Origin: a virus
Direction: 5' to 3' (one strand)
Virus record (IMG/VR): IMGVR_UViG_3300021963_007958
DNA: 64,000 nt
A program made the position numbers and the translations under genes. This document shows positions 58,958-64,000 of this stretch, piece by piece. The notes below the pieces were generated by a model, which saw only the letters and a program-made list of their open reading frames with translations, did no database searches and had not been told where the DNA came from. Numbering within the stretch: the first letter of the stretch is position 1; every line of letters starts with the position of its first letter.

Positions 58958-60144
58958 AGTCCAATGTCATCTAGAGCGGAAAGCATCTCTGCATCTGCTT
59001 TTGTATCTTCAGGAATTTCAATCTCTCTCAGAATTTTCTTAACCCTAAAGTCGTTCCAGATAGATTTGAGTCCAACTACGAATCTCTCCCCGTTTTGTTC
59101 TATTTCTTTCTTGATGTTATCAGGAGCTAATTTTTCCCTGATTGGATCTTTTGGTGCTTTTCCGGTCTTGATAAAATCAGGATCGGTGAACATGCTCAGG
59201 TAAGCAACTATCCAACTCTTAGTTTCCTTTGCTACATTCAGAGCTCTTCTTAGAACCACGGGCTTAAGACCATTTTTTTCCAGATTGACATAATAATCTT
59301 TATCTAGAGGAAGTCCTTCTAGACTGTATAGATTCTCACATAAGTTAAATGAATAGGTAGGGGTTCTAGGATTACCGGTAATCAAAATTGGAGCTCCTTC
59401 TAGAGAAGAAAGGGAATGACAGTAACTGGCAGAAAAAGAAGCATAAGGATTATTTATTTCTACCGGGGCTCCTTTTAAGCTCCTTATCCGAGTTGAATTA
59501 CATTCATAGTTTCCAGTTCTTTTTGGTCCACCTTCTAGAGACGTAAGATTGTAGCAATCTGTAATATTGAATGCCTCTCCTACTTCTTCCGGTGATCCTT
59601 CTAAGCTATTTAATTTTTGATTAGAACTCAAATTGCAAGATTTTCCGACTTTCTTTGGACCTCCAACTAAATTTTCGAATTTATTATTTGAAGCATTAAA
59701 ATTTCCTGTTACCTCTTCAGGGAATCCTTCCATCGAGGTTAGCATACAGGCATTAATCCAAAAATCTCCGTCCACCTTTCCAAATTTAAGCCCCAGGAGA
59801 CTTCCTTCTTTAAAATCTTGGACTGATGGTCCATTAAATCTTCCTACAACATCAATTAGTCCAGTCTCTGGATTTATACTCCAGGATGAATCTGGATCAC
59901 TGCCCCATCTCTTCTCGACTGCTTTGTCTAGAGCTTTAATCTGTCTAGGAGTTAATTTACCAGACCATCCTGGTTCTTCTATTTCCAGCTCCTTACAAAT
60001 CTTACCATAATCTTTACCGGAAGAGTCACAATACCTTCTAAGAGTTAGAAGGAAATCCTTCATCTCCTTTGGATCAAGTTGATCCATATTTTGTAGCTCT
60101 TCGTAAAGAGCAAATGGTAATAAAGTCTTAATTTTCTTGTTCAT
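58954..60144 (-). CDS. Leucine-rich-repeat-like protein (LxSLEGxP repeats)
   Basis: About 7 repeats of about 22 aa; GATATATA at 60171-60178. Confidence 0.75.
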   Translation of the reverse strand: MNKKIKTLLPFALYEELQNMDQLDPKEMKDFLLTLRRYCDSSGKDYGKICKELEIEEPGWSGKLTPRQIKALDKAVEKRWGSDPDSSWSINPETGLIDVVGRFNGPSVQDFKEGSLLGLKFGKVDGDFWINACMLTSMEGFPEEVTGNFNASNNKFENLVGGPKKVGKSCNLSSNQKLNSLEGSPEEVGEAFNITDCYNLTSLEGGPKRTGNYECNSTRIRSLKGAPVEINNPYASFSASYCHSLSSLEGAPILITGNPRTPTYSFNLCENLYSLEGLPLDKDYYVNLEKNGLKPVVLRRALNVAKETKSWIVAYLSMFTDPDFIKTGKAPKDPIREKLAPDNIKKEIEQNGERFVVGLKSIWNDFRVKKILREIEIPEDTKADAEMLSALDDIGL

Positions 60145-60182
60145 CCAGGACGATTCTTATTTCTGTCCTGTATATATCCAAA

Positions 60183-61142
60183 TTAGAATATTGCTTTGCA
60201 GATCTCTGCTGTAGCTTTAGATCTGGACATCGTGTAAAAGTGCAGAACGGGTGCCCCACCCTTAATTAAATCTTTACATTGTTCGATCGACCATCTGATA
60301 CCTACCTCGGAAACTTCTTGGTTATTTTCACACCCCTCTATCTCTTTAGCGAGATCTTTGGGAATATCTAGACCAAAGACTCTAGGAAGAGTCCAGAGCT
60401 GACCCTTAGTAGTAATTGGTTTCAGCCCAGGGATGATTGGAACATCGATTCCGTTTTTTCTGCACTTGTCAACAAAAGACCAGTATGCACCATTATCGAA
60501 GAACATCTGTGTAACGAAGAACTCTGCTCCCAGATTTCTTTTGAACTTCATCCACTCCATGTCCATGTCCATATTGGGGGATTCTAAATACTTTTCGGGA
60601 TAGCATGCTCCTCCATAACAGAAATCAGACGCTCCACCCTGAAGGTCCTCGTCTAGATAAATCCCATTGTTCATGTTTTGGATTTGAGACATTAGATCCG
60701 TCGAATTTCTATTTCCGGTGGGTTCTGGAACAAACGAGGATTCTCCTTTTCTTGGATCCCCTCTTAAAGCCAGAATATTGTCAATTCCTAAAAAATTAAG
60801 GTCAATCAAGGCGTTCTCTGTGTCCTCCTTGGTAAATCCCCCGCAGACTAAATGGGGAACTGCGTCAATTCCATATTTGTTCTGGATGGCGGAGCAGATT
60901 GCAACTGTTCCGGGTCTTTTTCGGGTGCTATATTTTTTAAGTGTTCCCTCCTGGGTCTCCTTAAACACATAGTCTTCTCTATGGTAAGTTACATCAATGA
61001 AAGAAGGATTGAATTCTAGAAGTTCGTCTATCGTCTGATAGATAGAGTTTATCTGTTGTCCTTTCATGGGAGGAAGAATTTCGAAAGAAAATAAAGTCTT
61101 TCCCTTCTCCTTTGCTTGAATAATATGATCTTTAATCTTCAC
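60183..61142 (-). CDS. metF: 5,10-methylenetetrahydrofolate reductase
   Basis: FSFEILPP, FIDVTY, PHLVC, LALRGDP, CYPEK, VTQMFFD, LHFYTM. Confidence 0.96.
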   Translation of the reverse strand: MKIKDHIIQAKEKGKTLFSFEILPPMKGQQINSIYQTIDELLEFNPSFIDVTYHREDYVFKETQEGTLKKYSTRKRPGTVAICSAIQNKYGIDAVPHLVCGGFTKEDTENALIDLNFLGIDNILALRGDPRKGESSFVPEPTGNRNSTDLMSQIQNMNNGIYLDEDLQGGASDFCYGGACYPEKYLESPNMDMDMEWMKFKRNLGAEFFVTQMFFDNGAYWSFVDKCRKNGIDVPIIPGLKPITTKGQLWTLPRVFGLDIPKDLAKEIEGCENNQEVSEVGIRWSIEQCKDLIKGGAPVLHFYTMSRSKATAEICKAIF

Positions 61143-61148
61143 TTATTT

Positions 61149-62051
61149 TTATACTGAGAGGAGTGGAGAACGTTTCATATTAATAAGACTTTGGTATTTG
61201 CCGGAATCGTCACAGAGAAAAGTAACTGCTCTTTGATCCGGTTCTGTGGATCTTTCCGCCGCCAGGATGTTTGCTGCTGCAGAAATTCCTGCAGAAATTC
61301 CAGCCTCTGCCAGATCTTTAACCTTCTGAATTGCTTCTTCTGTGCTGATTAAAACTATCTCGTCAACTAGATCCAATTCGACTAAATATTTACTTCCGTC
61401 ACCTATTCCCTGGATACCGTGAACTTTAGATGCGGGGAGATTGGTTCCGTAGAATGAGTTATACATAATTGGACACTCTTTAGGTTCAACAGCAATTATT
61501 CGAATGGAAGAGTTTAGTTTTTTAAGTTCTCCTCCGACCCCCATAATAGTTCCCCCCGTTCCCGTTCCGGCAACCAAGACGTCGACTTTCATATTCATCT
61601 GATACCAGATCTCGACAGCGGTCGTCTTAGCATGACATTCTATATTCTGAAGATTCTCAAACTGCATAGGGGACCAATATCCCTCCTCGACCATCTGATT
61701 TCTAAGTTTAATTGCCCCTTCAAAATCTCCAGGATCTGTTTCAATTAGAGTTGCTCCATAGGACTTAACGAGGTCTTTTCTCTCCTGAGACATATTACTC
61801 GGCATGATAACCGTCATATCATATCCTCTTTCGGAGCAGAGATAAGAAAATGAAATTGCAGTGTTTCCCGAGGATGCTTCTACTACCTTCTTTCCCTTGT
61901 GTAAAATCCCGTCTTCTTCGGCCCTGTCGAGAATCCAAACTGCTATTCTATCCTTGATGGATCCTGTCGGATTTAAATACTCTGCTTTTGCAAAAATTTG
62001 ATCTTTAATTTTAACTAGTGGTGTTGAACCAACGGAATTCTTTTCTTTCAT
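61149..62051 (-). CDS. cysK: Cysteine synthase (PLP)
   Basis: GSTPLV, NPTGSIKDR, ASSGNT, GTGTGGT, IQGIG. Confidence 0.92.
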   Translation of the reverse strand: MKEKNSVGSTPLVKIKDQIFAKAEYLNPTGSIKDRIAVWILDRAEEDGILHKGKKVVEASSGNTAISFSYLCSERGYDMTVIMPSNMSQERKDLVKSYGATLIETDPGDFEGAIKLRNQMVEEGYWSPMQFENLQNIECHAKTTAVEIWYQMNMKVDVLVAGTGTGGTIMGVGGELKKLNSSIRIIAVEPKECPIMYNSFYGTNLPASKVHGIQGIGDGSKYLVELDLVDEIVLISTEEAIQKVKDLAEAGISAGISAAANILAAERSTEPDQRAVTFLCDDSGKYQSLINMKRSPLLSV

Positions 62052-62080
62052 GTGAGGGGATTAGAATTTATATATCAAAG

Positions 62081-62110
62081 AAAAACCCAGACTGGTTAAG
62101 GTCTGGGTTT
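62081..62110 (-). terminator. Intrinsic terminator
   Basis: AAACCCAGAC/GTCTGGGTTT stem followed by a U-run on the - strand. Confidence 0.75.
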
Positions 62111-62115
62111 CTATA

Positions 62116-62415
62116 TTAAATCAGTTCGCAGATGGGTACTTTTACATACCCGGATTCAACGAACCGGTGGGGTTCTTTGACGATTTCGTTTTGAACCAGA
62201 AATTCTAATATTCCTTCATTTTCTGACCAGTCCTTAATAGCTACTTCTCCCTGTTCCAGTTTTTCTTCTATTCTTGTGGTAGCTGTTGCATAGGGGGTTC
62301 CGTCATTGGAATCATAAAGCTGGATTCTAATTCCTCCGTCCTTATAAGTTTCTGTTCTGACGAACAGAAGATATCTTTCGCCAAATGGGGAGTTATAAGA
62401 AAAGATGGTCGGCAT
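62116..62415 (-). CDS. DUF4313-like protein
   Basis: PYATATT...IKDWSEN.GILEFL...SGYV. Confidence 0.65.
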   Translation of the reverse strand: MPTIFSYNSPFGERYLLFVRTETYKDGGIRIQLYDSNDGTPYATATTRIEEKLEQGEVAIKDWSENEGILEFLVQNEIVKEPHRFVESGYVKVPICELI

Positions 62416-63359
62416 TATTTTTTTCTAAGAACGATTCCAGCCTGATAAGAAGGAACGGGAACACCCGGATACATCTTAGGGTAAGTTCTCATAAACATCG
62501 TTTCGGGAACGTGCCTGTGAAGATAAAGACCATGATATTCAACATCAGGATTATTTTCAAGAACTTCGTTTGCAATCATGCTGCTCAGAAGGTATGGCTT
62601 TTTATTCTGGATCATATCTTTAATTAGAATAACAAAGTATCCTCCCGGCTTTAAGAACTCAATTGCTTGGCTATACATGGAATTAACAAGATCCCAATAT
62701 TCAGTTCCTTTAGTTAGTCCAATATTGTTTGGATTTTGATAGTCAAACGTAAGGTCCTTTTCAACTTCCATCTTCTCTTCTCCATCTTCTACTTTTTTAG
62801 TTAGCTTCTTTCTTTCTGGGGCATCCGAAGATTTTCCACTTAATTTTGGATACGGAGTTCCGTTGATAACTAAGCTTAGTTGACCTCTTTTAATTCCCGC
62901 AGACTCTAAATTTTGAGCTGTGTTTCTAGCATCTCCTTGCATCAGGATAGCTTCTACCGAAGGATTTGGAGTCTGAGCATCAATGTTAGTTCTAGCAATT
63001 TTTGGAAATTCCAATTCAACCCCAACTGAATTTCTTCCGTTGTTGTAAGATTCAACTAAGGTAGTTCCTGTCCCACAGGTTGGATCAAATACCCAATCCC
63101 CAGGTTCTGTGAAATTTTGAATTGCCCATCTATATCCTTGCCAGTGTCCCGGACAAAGGTGCTTATCTTCCTGCTTAGGGTAGTATTTATATCTAGCAGT
63201 TTGACTGTAATATTTTCCCACACTTGTGTCAAAAATCTCTCCCAGAAAATTTTCGGTGAAGTCTTCTGTGTGATAATCTGCTGGGATCCCGGGTCTAGTA
63301 GATAGAGTTTCCGTCGGTGTAATTTCGTTCTGGTAAACAGTTTCTGGTTTCTTTGCCAT
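62415..63359 (-). CDS. N4/N6 DNA methyltransferase-like protein
   Basis: HLCPG, FTEPGDWVFDPTCGTGTT, GVEL, QGDAR, INGTPY, LKPGGYF. Confidence 0.75.
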   Translation of the reverse strand: MAKKPETVYQNEITPTETLSTRPGIPADYHTEDFTENFLGEIFDTSVGKYYSQTARYKYYPKQEDKHLCPGHWQGYRWAIQNFTEPGDWVFDPTCGTGTTLVESYNNGRNSVGVELEFPKIARTNIDAQTPNPSVEAILMQGDARNTAQNLESAGIKRGQLSLVINGTPYPKLSGKSSDAPERKKLTKKVEDGEEKMEVEKDLTFDYQNPNNIGLTKGTEYWDLVNSMYSQAIEFLKPGGYFVILIKDMIQNKKPYLLSSMIANEVLENNPDVEYHGLYLHRHVPETMFMRTYPKMYPGVPVPSYQAGIVLRKK

Positions 63360-63426
63360 TTCTAATTTTAAGTTTATATTGTAGTTTATTTAAAAAGTTC
63401 CTTTTTTTATATTAAAAATATTGGAT

Positions 63427-63999
63427 TTATCCTGCTACAGGTAAAGACTTAGATTCTTCTTTATTTTTTTCTGCTTCTCTGAACCATCTGATATTTCCGT
63501 CCCAAAGTGCATCTCCGTGGTTGATTTGACCCAGGTCCCTAGCTTCTTCCAGATGTTCTTCGTCGAGGTCTTCTGTATCACGAAGACCTTTATATCGAGA
63601 TCTTTCGTAGTATTCTTTCCACCACTTCCATTGGTTTTTCTTTCCCTTGAATTCTCCTATGTAGTCAGGGACAATTCTAATTTCTCCGGGGTGATAGTCA
63701 GATGAGATTATCGTTGCTGGAAGATTATAATACCAGATTCTTCTCCCGTTCTCTTTTTCTGGATCAAAAAAGTTATATGGGTGCTCGGAGATTAAAGTGA
63801 CATAGTACTGGGCTTTAGACATTGCAAATCCCAAATCCGAAGCACCGAAAGAATAAATCTCTCTACCGTTTGCTTTGATGATACACCTTCCGCTGCTTCT
63901 GATGTCAGTTGATCCCCACTTGTTCTTAGTGTAGTTTGACTGTTTAAAGTTTATCTCCCAGCAGATTCTATGAACTCCCCTACAGATAAAAGGATCTAA
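63427..63999 (-). CDS. Hypothetical protein, 5' end outside window
   Basis: Frame stays open from 63834 to the window edge on hand translation. Confidence 0.6.
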   Translation of the reverse strand, partial: LDPFICRGVHRICWEINFKQSNYTKNKWGSTDIRSSGRCIIKANGREIYSFGASDLGFAMSKAQYYVTLISEHPYNFFDPEKENGRRIWYYNLPATIISSDYHPGEIRIVPDYIGEFKGKKNQWKWWKEYYERSRYKGLRDTEDLDEEHLEEARDLGQINHGDALWDGNIRWFREAEKNKEESKSLPVAG

Positions 64000-64000
64000 T

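Noticed and set aside
863-63705. Many short ORFs in the track (e.g. 863-1093, 939-1232, 29447-29881, 45417-45683, 57240-57650, 59633-60010)
   Set aside because: Antisense or alternate-frame shadows of well-supported genes, with no recognisable motifs.
1-64000. Stop-codon reassignment as in some huge phages
   Set aside because: Conserved genes are full length under code 11 and all three stops end genes; the tRNA anticodon UGA reads Ser UCA and is not a suppressor.
1-64000. CRISPR array, IS element, integrase, intron or intein
   Set aside because: No spaced direct repeats, transposase/integrase motifs or interrupted conserved genes were seen.

Overview
Gene-dense, AT-rich segment of a large T4-like (jumbo/huge) tailed phage, standard genetic code, with most genes on the - strand. 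The host is probably Bacteroidota (inferred from GlyA/MetF/bS21 sequence style and no obvious Shine-Dalgarno motifs). Contents: (i) structural genes: a gp14-like neck protein at the left edge, a gp15-like tail completion protein, a PKD protein and an Mtd_N/collagen-like fibre protein; (ii) a T4-type recombination/replication block (gp46, gp47, gp41 helicase, UvsX); (iii) two large glycan-biosynthesis islands (about 1.6-12.4 kb and 30.1-45.4 kb, about 30 genes) with HldD, a GT4 fused to a TibC/Aah-like heptosyltransferase, GT6/GT7/GT11/GT47/GT2, Glf, aminotransferases, acetyltransferases and eight SAM methyltransferase domains; (iv) host-like genes glyA, metF, cysK, rpsU, clpC and tRNA-Ser(UGA); (v) about 13 unrelated proteins sharing an N-terminal M-K/R-x-I/L-x-x-F/Y-x-x-F/Y...(N)E motif that resembles the T4 capsid-targeting sequence, mostly behind a recurrent GATATATA late-promoter-like box. 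These include modular peptidoglycan-binding paralogs and a MoxR AAA+ / metallopeptidase / vWA trio. A second promoter class (GAAAC-N17/18-TATAAT) and a candidate structured RNA are also visible. All family assignments come from motif recognition by eye, not database searches.
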